Below are positions 12,426 through 23,310 of a DNA stretch of 33,033 nt, piece after piece. The number at the start of each line of letters is the position of its first letter. Positions within the stretch are counted from its first letter, which is position 1. The stretch is from Atractiella rhizophila. Its lineage: Eukaryota. A program made the translations under genes and the position numbers. The notes under the pieces are model-generated. The model did no database searches and was not told where the DNA came from. It worked only from the letters and a program-made list of their open reading frames with translations. The stretch lies in NCBI GenBank assembly GCA_021432655.1, contig MU271241.1, forward strand, positions 93,988 to 127,020, written 5' to 3'.

Positions 12426-12433
12426 CTTTTATA
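12426..12433 (-). promoter_or_regulatory. Candidate TATA box for the methyltransferase gene
   Basis: TATAAAAG on the minus strand about 95 bp upstream of the ATG at 12331. Confidence 0.45.
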
Positions 12434-12900
12434 TCCCTTCAGACCCTTGGGCCATCATCAATGCAGGACTCGAGTACCCATACCCGTGGTTTCTCCCTCC
12501 GTCCCGCAAAGGGTACCCCACCGGTCAAAGAGTTAAAATGCAGGACGGAATTGCCACGGATTTAACTTGTAGCTCAATAGGCTTCAGCTTTCTTGCGATG
12601 ACAGTGAATTACTGCTCGAACGAACTCTTACCCCAGTAGCTGTTCGAAGAACGGGCTTGGAAGGATCCAATGGACTGTGTCGTGAGATAACTCCACTGTG
12701 ACAACTTGAGTTTACGATACTTCTGACTAACTTTCAAAGCTCGACTGGGACGTGTTTCGCCTTTCTAATCCTTGCATTAATTGTACCGATGGTTACGAAC
12801 AATGGCAATGAGAAATGTAAGAATAAGATAATGAGTATCGAAGGAAACGAATAAAGGGATCTAGAGGTACTTGTTGCCACAGTGTCGTAATAAAACGTAT

Positions 12901-14833
12901 CTAAGCCGGAAGGGGTCGTGGGGTAAATTTGAGAATGCACTCGTCCTGCAGAAAGAGTGTTAAGTAGCGAACATCAACGGAGTGGTAACGCACCTTCGGG
13001 AAGATAGTGGGGAGCATCGAGAACTCCTCAGACTGGGCTGTCTTGACATGTTCCCAGTTCATCATGACAGCAGCTGTACCAATAACAGCTACTAGCTGAA
13101 TATTGGCGTACTCCTAAAGAACCGTGTCAGCATATCCCCAACCCTCTCAAAGACAAAAGAGACGAACCTGACCAATACACCTATGTGCACCAGCACCATA
13201 GACGAGCCAATTCTTGGGATCAGAATTGTAGGCATTTCCTCCCTCGAGCCAGCGTTCTGGCATATACTCGTCAGGTTGAGGGTAGACTTCGGGATCGTGA
13301 AGGGCGGGCCACATCGAAGGGATGACCATGGATCCAGCTGGTGCAGTGTAATTATCCGTAATAGGGAACTCCTTCTTCGCCATGTATGGAACCATGATGA
13401 CGGGTGGTCTGTATCGAAGAGTCTCCTTGATGACGGCCTTTGTATAGGTCATCTCATCGATCAGTTCAAGGGTGAGAGGTGCATTGATATCGTTCCCTCG
13501 TAGGCGATATTGCTCTTCCCTAACCTTCTCAAGGTATTGAGGATAGTCAGCGAGGAGTTGGAAAGCGAATGTGAGACCGCTAGACATGGCATCTTGAGAA
13601 GCGAAAAGGAACGACATGACGGCCATCCCGATTTCCTTGTCCGAAAACTCTCGAATGAGAGCAGCCCTCGACTCTGAACTCATGTAACTCTCTCCCGCCT
13701 CCCTTCCAGCCTTCTTCGCAGCCTCGTATTCCCTCGCATCGATCATCGCCTTGACCCAACGATCGACCAAGCAATCCGGCTCCTCACCAGCTGCCATTCG
13801 AACCTTAGACTCAGCGGCAGTCTTCATGAACCATTTCATGGCCAGCTTGCGCGCTTGGATGGCGTTGTAGATCTTGGTTCCCGGGATAGCGAGAGGGAAG
13901 TTGACAAGCTCGAGAGCGGTGGAAATGAGGTAGTAGTTCTTCGCGATCAGCTTGCCGGCTTCGTCATCGATGTAGCGTCCACAGAAAATCTTGAGCGAGA
14001 CTTCCATGTTCAAATCGCGGAACTCCATCGCGTAGGGCTTGGGTCCGTCCTTGTCAACAAGCCATCTCTTGAAGTAACCTCGGAAAACGCCTTCAAGAGT
14101 GGGCATGTAGGACCTATGAGTCACTCATCAGTTTCATGGAGCTTTGAGATCAGGTTACCTACTCCAGAGCAGTCCTGGTGAATAAGACATTCAGACCTTT
14201 GCGATATTCAGCGTGTGCTTTTCCATTTAGAAAGACCCTTCAAAAGAAAGTCGCGTTGAGCAATTGCTTCTGAGTTTGCCAAGCCGGAAACATACCAATT
14301 GTCGGCGAGCAGCACCTTCTTCGCAGACGCAGTCAAGCAGGGTTCAGCGTGCGACGAAGCGTGAAGAATCTTCCTCGTATAGTCCACAGAAGACGCGATA
14401 ACAATGAATCTGCTCAACTGTCTCACAAAGGCAAACTCTTCGTGTTGACAAAGACGCACATGTTGAACACGCTAACAGCGAAGAGTGGCTTCTCCCATGA
14501 CTTCTTGTAGTTGTGAATGGTGGGATTCAAGCTGTCAGCGAACTTTCCAATGACAGGAATCGTCCATTTGGCGCCTAACACCGTCACCGAACCACATAAA
14601 CAACTTGTTTACCCAAACCAAAAATTTATGACGAAGAACCCACCAGGAAGAATGCCCTTTTTATTCCTGTAAACGATCTGTTCGAGCACCAAAAGCGATA
14701 CTACAAGTGCTAGAACGCTGGTCACGACAGCATTCTTGCTCATGCCGACGTCTACCGAAGACCATGATTTGGGGGCAAAGAAGGGATGCGCTGTTTGGGC
14801 CGGGACGCCTATTGGCGAGGATCTGATGGACAT
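12901..14833 (-). CDS. ERG5: Sterol C-22 desaturase, cytochrome P450 CYP61 (full-length copy)
   Basis: N-terminal anchor LVVSLLVLEQIVYRNKKG, WTIPVIGKFADSLNP, CYP61-type I-helix SFLFASQDAMSS, K-helix KETLRYRPPV, PERW, and heme motif YGAGAHRCIG. Six introns. The last exon DECILKFTPRPLPA ends at TAG 12901-12903. Confidence 0.93.
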
Positions 14834-17027
14834 TTCTGGAGTGGCAGCGAAAGGAAGTAGCTGGGGAAAAGAGTGTGAGCTGCTTCGTCCAGGACTTTTG
14901 AGAGGAACCGCGTGTGTCGAAACCGAGAACTTCTTAGCTTTTGATTGGTGGAACCAGAGAAACAACTTCCGGCCGGCATGGCACCCTCGAATCGACTCCA
15001 CTTCTGCGCCGCCCCCGCTTTGGCTTCTGCTGTCTAAGCTCAGTTCCTTTGCACATCCAACCAAGCTGGTCAAGCTTTGCCCAGCATCCAGCGTTGCCTG
15101 TTGGCTATCACATATCAAAAGTTCTGTTGTCGGAGTCCATACCAACAAGTTATGTTTCAGGTTTGATGAGAACTTGAAGCATGAACTTGACAGCGCCAGT
15201 GCAACACAGTATTTAAAGCTTCCACCAAGGGCTTTAATGTAAAACTTTCACAACCGTTTGCTTTGAAGCGGTTTAGCTCATGAAAGAGCTTAATTGGGCA
15301 ATGACACCACCGAAACAATCAGTATCCCGATTTCCTTGTCCGAAAACTCTCGAATGAGAGCAGCCCTCGACTCTGAACTCATGTAACTCTCTCCCGCCTC
15401 CCTTCCAGCCTTCTTCGCAGCCTCGTATTCCCTTGCATCGATCATCGCCTTGACCCAACGATCGACCAAGCAATCCGGCTCCTCACCAGCCGCCATTCGA
15501 ACCTTAGACTCAGCAGCAGTCTTCATGAACCATTTCATGGCAAGCTTGCGCGCTTGGATGGCGTTGTAGATCTTGGTTCCCGGGATAGCGAGAGGGAAGT
15601 TGACAAGCTCGAGAGCGGTGGAGATGAGGTAGTAGTTCTTCGCGATCAGCTTGCCAGCTTCGTCATCGATGTAGCGTCCGCAGAAAATTTTGAGCGAGAC
15701 TTCCATGTTCAAATCGCGGAATTCCATCGCGTAGGGCTTGGGTCCATCCTTGTCAGCAAGCCATCTATTGAAATAACTTCGGAAAACGCCTTCAAGAGTG
15801 GGCATGTAGGACCTAAGAGTCACTCGTCAGTTTGATGGGGCTTGGATCAAGTTACTTACTCCAGAGCAGTCCTGGTGAATAAGACATTCAGACCTTTACG
15901 GTATTCAGCGTGTGCTTTTCCATTTAGGAAGACCCTTGAAACGAAAGTCGCGTTGAGCAATTGCTTCTGAGTTTGCCAAGGCGGAAACATACCAGTTGTC
16001 GGCGAGCAGCACCTTCTTCGCAGACGCAGTCAAGCAGGGCTCGGCGTGCGACGAAGCGTGAAGAATCTTCCTCGTATAGTCCACAGACGACGCGATAACA
16101 ATGAATCTGCTCAACTGTCTCACAAAGGCAACCTCTTCCTGATGACAAAGACGCACATGTTGAACACGCTAACAGCGAAGAGAGGCTTCTCCCACGACTT
16201 CTTGTAGTTGTGAATGGTGGGATTCAAGCTGTCAGCGAACTTTCCAATGACAGGAATCGTCCATTTCGCGCCTAACACCGTCACCGAACCACATAAACAA
16301 CTTGTTTACCCAAACCAAAAATTTATGACGAAGAACCCACCAGGAAGAATGCCCTTCTTATTCCTATAAACGATCTGTTCGAGCACCAAAAGCGATACTA
16401 CAAGCGCTAAAACGCTGGTCACGACAGCATTCTTGCTCATGCCGACGTCTACCGAAGACCATGATTTGGGGGCAAAAAAGGGATGCGCTGTTTGGGCCGG
16501 GACGCCTATTGGCGAGGATCTGATGGACATTTCTGGAGTTGCAGCGAAGGGAAGTAGCTGGGGAAAAGAGTGTGAGCTGCTTCGTCCAGGACTTTTGAGA
16601 GGAACCGCGTGTGTCGAAACCTCGAAACCGAGAACTTCTTAGCTTTTGATTGGTGGAACCAGAGAAACAACTTCCGGCCGGCATGGCACCTTCGAATCGA
16701 CTCCACTTCTGCGCCGACGCCGCTTTGGCTTCTGCTGTCTCAGATCAGTTCCTTCGCACATCCAACCAAGCAGGTCAAGCTTTGCCCAGCATCCAGCGTT
16801 GCCTGTTGGCTATCACATATCAAAAGTTCTGTTGTCGCAGTCCATACCAACAAGTTATGTTCAAGTTTGATGAGAACTTGAAGCATGAACTTGACAGCGC
16901 CAGTGCAACACAGTATTTAAAGCTTCCACCAAGGGCTTTCATGTAAAACTTTCACAACCGTTTGCTTTGAAGCGGTTTAGCTCATGAAAGAGCTTAATTG
17001 GGCAATGACACCACCGAAACAATCAGT
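13625..17027. repeat. Head-to-tail tandem duplication: unit A 13625-15323 (1699 bp) and unit B 15324-17027 (1704 bp), roughly 96-97% identical by eye
   Basis: Both units start atcccgatttccttgtccg and end gacaccaccgaaacaatcagt. They are collinear with scattered substitutions. Three small indels (+8, -2, -1 in unit B) account for the length difference. Confidence 0.97.
15290..16530 (-). pseudogene. ERG5: 3'-truncated ERG5/CYP61 duplicate
   Basis: Same start (MSIRSSPIG) and first four introns as the full copy. Homology ends after REFSDKEIG at the junction near 15324, and the frame reads on as ILIVSVVSLPN* from promoter sequence. It lacks the I-helix core, ExxR, PERW and heme Cys. Confidence 0.85.
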
Positions 17028-17439
17028 TTTGCGCGCAGAGGGATATTCATGTTACCTTTGCAGCCCTTCACATACCTTTATCAGCGAGCAGTAGCGGCGT
17101 CCTTCCAAACCTCATCTCTATTCCTTTCCTTTCTTTCTCTAAGTTATGACCATTGATCAGGGAGCGTCGTTCTTATCCAACGATTCCGTCCCGTTTATCA
17201 ATAGGACTTCACTCGGTCGAGAAAAGGTCTGATTTATTGGGCAGAAATGAGGAGAATGGAGCAAAAGATGCGCGTGTCCATGAATAGTGGGCTAAAAGTA
17301 GCAGCTAGCAGCAACGTCAAGAGTGTTGTTCATGACAGGCAGCGTAACACTGTGACTTAACCTGTTGGTGGTTGTTGGGCCAGGGACCCATTGCAAAGAG
17401 GATTACTGTGAGAAGTATAATAGCAGATGGACTTTCGAT

Positions 17440-17473
17440 GCAAATGCCCTCCAAAGGCAAATGCCCTCCAAAG
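17440..17473 (+). repeat. Perfect 17-bp tandem direct repeat (gcaaatgccctccaaag x2)
   Basis: Read directly at 17440-17456 and 17457-17473. Confidence 0.9.
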
Positions 17474-18151
17474 CTATTCCACTCTGCTCTGAAACACGCG
17501 AGCAAGTCATCCTGTTCACTGGCAGACGAACCATAATTTGTTTCTGATCCATCGACCTGCAATACTGCAGCGCGGGAGTAAATTCGTCCAGTCATACTTG
17601 TCCACAGTTTTGATTTAGTTCACTAGATTGCCTCAACAGCTTCGAGCTGACTGAGGTCTTCCACACGATGTAAACGGCGACTTGGTGCACGTGAGTCAGC
17701 ACTAGGAAGTGACCATGATCGCGTTATTATATATCGAAAAGAACAGTCGTGTTATCCCTTCCTACATAATGAATCTAGCGGACCTTCTAGAATTATTAAT
17801 TATTGATAATTATCCTCACTTCGCTTTAATTTCCCTTCAGCAGCTTGTTGACGCGTCCACCAATCACAACAACTGGATGGGGACGGGATTTCAAGCGCCG
17901 ACGAGCTCCCTATCCAGTATAGAATAAGGGTAGGAGCTAGAACAAGGGATAAGTGCAAAGAGCCTGGGAAATTCCACGTGTTGCGTGTGTCACTCAGTCG
18001 ACGCGTCCCCTTCGTGTTAGTGATTTAAAGTTTAGAGCAACAATCTGCAGCAAGTTAAAAGAGACAGGGGCGTTTTCCTTTGATCTTCGTCGACAATCGC
18101 TTCGATTTTTTCAGTCCGCTCAACGTAAGTTGCAAAGCAAATCAAAGCAGA

Positions 18152-20674
18152 ATGGCCGACCTCAATCACTCTTCCACGGGTCCCAATACCATGTTCCTCG
18201 ACAACTCCCCTCAAAGTTCAGTATCGCCTTCGACGACTAATTACGATTCTCCTCTCACTTCTCCTGATAACTCTCAAGGCAATATCTCAAAATTTCCCAG
18301 TGGCTTGGTTGGAGGTAGCGCGTTTACCAGCCCTGTAACTCAAACCAATTTGACGGGGGTTTTTGTGAGCTCTCGTCATTTCTTCCCTTTGGGATGTCGT
18401 GTTCAGTCGTGATTTTGAAGGACAATTCTTCCTTTCCTCAATTTGTCCCTTCTTACGGAGATGTCAAGACAACTTCTCATGGAGACGCCCTCCCCACTTC
18501 TCTGGGAGGAGACGGTCGAAAGGATTCGACGATTCAAATGCTCCAAGCCAAAATCGACCAACTTCGCCTCGAAAACAGTCAAAAAGACATCGAGATTACG
18601 AGACTTCGAACTGTGAATGCTACAAACACGTTTGGCACGTCGACGAACGCAGGGAGGTCGGCGAGAGGAAGTAGGGATGACGGATTCATTGGAAGTAGGC
18701 ATTTCTTGAATTTCGGGAACAAGAAACTCACGCCCCGACCTCTCAGGCAACACGAAAGGGTCTACCTTCAATCCAGCTCCCGGGGCCCCTTCTCCTACGG
18801 CAGCTTCGTTCAACCTGTACTCCAATTCGCTGCCGTCCAGCGCTCGACCTTCACCTCGCATCTCTCCCATGGGTCTGGGATTGATGGGTCTCGGGACAAT
18901 GAACGCGAATTCGAATCCTTGGACAGCTGGAACTCCGGTGAGCTTTGAAGGCGATGAATACTTTGGACGAAGAGTAAGTCCTCTCCTGCCCTTGATTTCT
19001 TGCTTTCTTGTTTTCCTTTGCTGACCAGGAGACAAGGCTGGCGACGGTTCCAACACTCCTCCTGCTAGGTATATCAGCGGCAGTGGATACAACACGCCTC
19101 TTTTGGGGGGAGAAAATATCAATTATCGACAGTTGCTCGAAAATGATGCCGATGCTGATTACAACGTTCGTCTCCCAGTGTTCTATCTGTATTTTGATAT
19201 CATTCTGCGTCCGCTACATAGATGCTCTGTCGAGAAGTTGTCACGAAGAACAATCAGCAAGCCTCTATCTTTATGCAGCAGAAGATAAAGATCGCCGGTT
19301 CGGACGAAAGGAAGAAGCTGATATTGGATGCTGTTCTTACCCATGCCCTGAGTTTGATGACGAACAAGTTTCTCTCACCTCTCCTTTCTCTCGCCTTAGC
19401 CTCACCACTCTTGCGATAGATTCGGTAACTTTCTGGTTTCCAGAAGTTTGGAGCATGGTGGCGAGAGCTGGAGATGCGAGGTTTCTAAGCTTGTCAAGTC
19501 AGTCTCTCGCTTCGTTATTTCAATCCTTCCACTCAATTGTTGAATAGAGGCAATGTGTACAAGGTGGCTTGCGACAACTACGGAGTACATGTCGTGCAGA
19601 AAATGTGCGACTACGAAGATTATATACGGGTCCGTTCATGTTGCTGTGCTTTGACATCGACTAACGGCTACCTAAGGACATGATCGTTTCTGAGTACGCA
19701 CCGCTTATAATTATGCCTGATGTCAAGCTTATTCTTTCCAAGATTGGTCAACCACAAGGAAACGTTCACTCACCGGTCTGCAGGACACGTTTGGACTAAA
19801 ATTCTCAGTTATCCTCTGAAGAAAGATCTCCACGAACAATTGCTGAACACGCTTCGAGGTTCTTGGTCTAAGATTGCTCAGGATGAAACAGGGAGCTTGC
19901 TAGTTCAAGTTGGTCCTTTTTCCATTCCTTCGCTGGAGCTCAGGCACTTGGTACCTGCGTTAGAGTTGCTTGGAAAATTGGATCGACCGGGATAAGACTG
20001 AGATTGTACAAGAACTTTTGGCTGAAGTCGTCCCCTGCGCATTGACGGGTTGGGGAAACTTCGTCGTTCTCAAGTTTGCCATCCATTAGTTCAGTGAATT
20101 CGCTTACAGATTGTTGTGCAGCCTGATAGAGCACGGAGACGAAAGGGATCGTCCCGTCATCTTTGACCGGCTTTTGAAGTCTTCTGTCGAGCTCAGCTTG
20201 AGTCATACCGGTGCGAAGACAATGTTCGTTGTCTGCCTCTTACTTGCCTATTTCTAGCCTGACACATGTTTACAGCGAGAAGATGATAAAAGTAGCTGGC
20301 CTAGAGTCAGACGTGGTAACGAAATACGTCGACCAAATAGTGCAGCAGGGACCTGAAACGTTCGTTGACCTAGTTTTCAATTTTTTTTCCTTAGTGATGA
20401 TGAAATCGGTGGTGCAGCCGCAGGCCGCCTTGTGTCGAGATCGCTTGCCATGGACCTGGTTCTCAAATCCTCACCCTGCTTTTCACCGGCGCGACTCAGG
20501 AGAACAAGGACAGGCTCATCGGCTGCATTAGGAGACATGGAGTCACAATGAAGAGTAGCAAACATGGATCTAGGATCTTTTACCTCGTCGAGAGGACTCG
20601 GGCTTGGACCGGTCATGTAAGGTCACGCTCCTGGTGAACGAAGCCAGCTGACAAGTCTTACATGGGAATAGTGA
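18152..20674 (+). CDS. Pumilio/PUF-repeat RNA-binding protein, atypical (S. pombe Mpf1/Mcp2-like meiotic PUF class inferred)
   Basis: Ser/Pro-rich N-terminus and a short coiled coil (IQMLQAKIDQLRLENSQKDIEI). It then reads INYRQLLE, NNQQASIFMQQKIK, LMTNKFGNFLV, VACDNYGVHVVQK, IAQDETGSLLVQ, GWGNFVV, LSLSHTGAKTIEK and SKHGSRIFYL. Many introns, so exact boundaries are partly uncertain. Confidence 0.78.
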
Positions 20675-21483
20675 TTATCGCTCAATCGGCATCGAATAAA
20701 CATCAAATTTTCGTCCTTCTCCTCGCATGATATCGTTTTGTCATTGTTTCATCAAGCATTCTTTCCATCCCAAACAAACAAACTAACAAGAAAGTAATTT
20801 CGTACATTGATTCAAGCACCGTACACCACCGTACACCTCAAGATTCTCAATTGTCTTTATTGCATGGTTAGCGAACTACCTGACTACTTCTGCCTTCCTT
20901 CTATCAGACTTCTCCTCCTTGGAGTCTGTTGAGCGATTTGTTTTCTTAGTTACGAAGAAGGATATAATAATTTGGTTTAGATTGTGGTTTAAATGGTCGT
21001 CTAACCAGTCCAGTCCATTCATGACTTCCGCGTTGTCTATATAGCTATCGCTGTCTTCGGTAATGTTGTGTGGGCAACTTTTTTTCAGTCCTTCTGCTCC
21101 TCTGCAATTCTATGTAGTAGTCTTCAATAGTCCTACCAGTATGCGTTCAGCCACTTAGTGCAGCATATGCTGAGCGTAGCCGTAGCCTAGTATTTGTTGG
21201 AGTTGGTTCTGGCTGCGGGAACAGTCCATTGTCCGCAACCGCATCAAGACTGCAACCATGTAAGAGTGCTCGTGATATGTTCCAGCTTCACCAGGCACTC
21301 CTATGATAGAACAGAGTTCAAAAGAACAAAGGTCCTAGAACTTTGAAGCGTCACAGCTTTGTTATATCCTGCGCGATGTTCTTCGACATGAGTACTTGAG
21401 GCGCTGCTTCGAGGGATATTGTCGTAGAACAAGGAACGGTAATCACGTCTCAGCAGAATGAAATAAATACATCGGGAGAAGCA

Positions 21484-21990
21484 TCACACCATCCTCGGGG
21501 GCGGTTCAGGCTCTCTCTTCTCCGGAGGAAGCTCGCCCCACTCCCCTTGTCCAGGCAGTCTCGATATTCGCTTATTGTCCCAATTGTCCATATCTTTAGA
21601 CGACATAAGCCGCTGTAAGCGTACGTATCGAAATAAATGCCAAAATGTTTCAGAAAAAGAGAGGAGAATCACGAAGAAAATGACGCACAAAGTACTCTTC
21701 CCTAAGATCCACTTTTCTTTTCTTCATGTCCAACCCCAACTCTTCCTCCTTACTCAGATTTTGTATCTTCGTCTCGTTATACTCATACCTCGTCTTTGTT
21801 AGGGTTGAAAGCAGGAAAGAGATGCCGACAATGGACACGACGAAAGGAACACCGAAGAGGAGGACAGGACGACGACGGATCTTGTCGTGAAGAGCATATT
21901 TTTCAGAGCTGTTTAAGCAATCACATATATGTTAGATGAGCTGCAGGAAACGCACCCTGGGAGTGGACGTCGCGGAAGCGGCAGAGACAT
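21484..21990 (-). CDS. COX16: Cytochrome c oxidase assembly protein COX16
   Basis: The spliced product reads RRPVLLFGVPFVVSIVGISFLLSTLTKTRYE...SKEEELGL...RKVDLREEYFRL...DNWDNKRISRLPG. Introns at 21909-21955 and 21613-21688. Confidence 0.9.
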
Positions 21991-22242
21991 TTTGAAAGAG
22001 ACGGAACTTGACTTCTGGATGACTCTAAGCACGTGACTCATCAGCAAGTAAGTTCACGAACTGCGAACACGAAAAGGCTGGAATATTAGAAACGACTGAG
22101 AAGAGGTATCGTAACGCATCGCTAACTTATAACTGGACACTGCCTTGTCAGTATTGAGTTTTCAGTGTACGGTTTCTCCACACTGTCTGCAGCTTTCGAA
22201 AGCTGATCTGTTGAACAAGGACTTATAAAGTAGAAGGATACA

Positions 22243-22830
22243 ATGGCACTTCCATCGCATTATCAGGCAACCCAACACTTCTCCGACTCCTTCGTAATCT
22301 CATGTGGATGCATCATGTTCCGGTTTCCTGCCAAACCCACCTCTTCTCCAATAGAAGTTTGCCTTCTGCACGATGCGAGTCGAGACCAGTGGCTCCTCCC
22401 AAAAGGACGGAAGAACGAGGGTGAAGCTCTACTCGACGCAGCATTACGCGAATCGTACGAAGAGAGTGGCTATCGCGTTTCTCCCCTCCCTTCCACTTTT
22501 CTAACCCGCGCTACCCCGGTGAACGAGGACCCAAACGCGACGTTCGAATCGAAACCTCGTTTATCGGAAGGGTGTACAGAGCCTTTTTCTGTCCAGATTC
22601 GACGGTATCAGGAGGGAGAGACGAAACTCGTATTTTGGTTCCTCGGACAAGTTGAGGAATCTAGCAAGAGAGAAGAGGACACCAGGATGGCTTATGAGAC
22701 AATCGACAAAGTCGAATGGTTTGATCCCGTTAAAGTGCTTGAGACTGCATCTCTGGAGAACGACAGGGAGATAATCAAGAAGGCGGTGGAGATTGTGACT
22801 AGTTCAAGGAAAGGGCTGCAGAAGAACTGA
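22243..22830 (+). CDS. NUDIX hydrolase, intronless
   Basis: Nudix box GRKNEGEALLDAALRESYEESG (GX5EX7REUXEEXG), preceded by WLLPK. Confidence 0.9.
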   Translation: MALPSHYQATQHFSDSFVISCGCIMFRFPAKPTSSPIEVCLLHDASRDQWLLPKGRKNEGEALLDAALRESYEESGYRVSPLPSTFLTRATPVNEDPNATFESKPRLSEGCTEPFSVQIRRYQEGETKLVFWFLGQVEESSKREEDTRMAYETIDKVEWFDPVKVLETASLENDREIIKKAVEIVTSSRKGLQKN

Positions 22831-23310
22831 GTGGAGTTCGCCCTCAAGTTCAATTCTGGTTGCCTCATTGACACATTCTCATTGTAGTATCGCGTCCAGT
22901 GCCTTCTATCACCCCTCCTCGTCCTCTGTGCTCAAACGGAGCGGTTTATGTAGTATCTGTATTCGACTAAGACCAAGATATGTCGACATCCCCATTTCTT
23001 TTTAAGTTGTGGACTCGGAGCTGTATCAATATGCTCAATATAGACCGAATTGCATGGAGTAATGAGCCTCCTGATTATCTCATGGGTTTAGGCAGACTGA
23101 AAGAGGTGTGAGCCAAAGTGACCTGATGAAAGTCAATGAAAGCTCGTGTCGTGACCACGCGCGGGCAAGAGAAGCTTCCACCGAAGTGCCTTCTTCGACA
23201 ACATCTCTTCATCTCTTCAGCCTTTTCGGTAATAGCTCCTATCCACTGTCCAACTGTCAGATTTCACGTAGGATCCATACACAACACGCTCTTTCAACCA
23301 ATACAAGGAA

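Noticed and set aside
14609..15242. 168-179 aa ORFs over the ERG5 promoter
   Set aside because: The 8-bp indel changes their frames in the second repeat unit, and they have no protein-like motifs.
13625..17027. The direct repeats as LTRs, or repeat-induced point mutation acting on them
   Set aside because: The units are adjacent host gene sequence without TG...CA ends or internal retroelement genes. Their differences run in both directions and are mostly synonymous, not a one-way C-to-T pattern.
21440..21483. Puf3-type UGUANAUA elements in the 3' UTRs of the mitochondrial genes, linking them to the neighbouring PUF
   Set aside because: COX16 has only TGTATTTA, and I saw no match after COX11 or MRPS5. 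The local PUF is also not Puf3-like.
22243..22830. Intronless NUDIX gene as a horizontal transfer or retrocopy
   Set aside because: The gene is short, its composition matches its neighbours, and it has no poly(A) remnant or target-site duplication.
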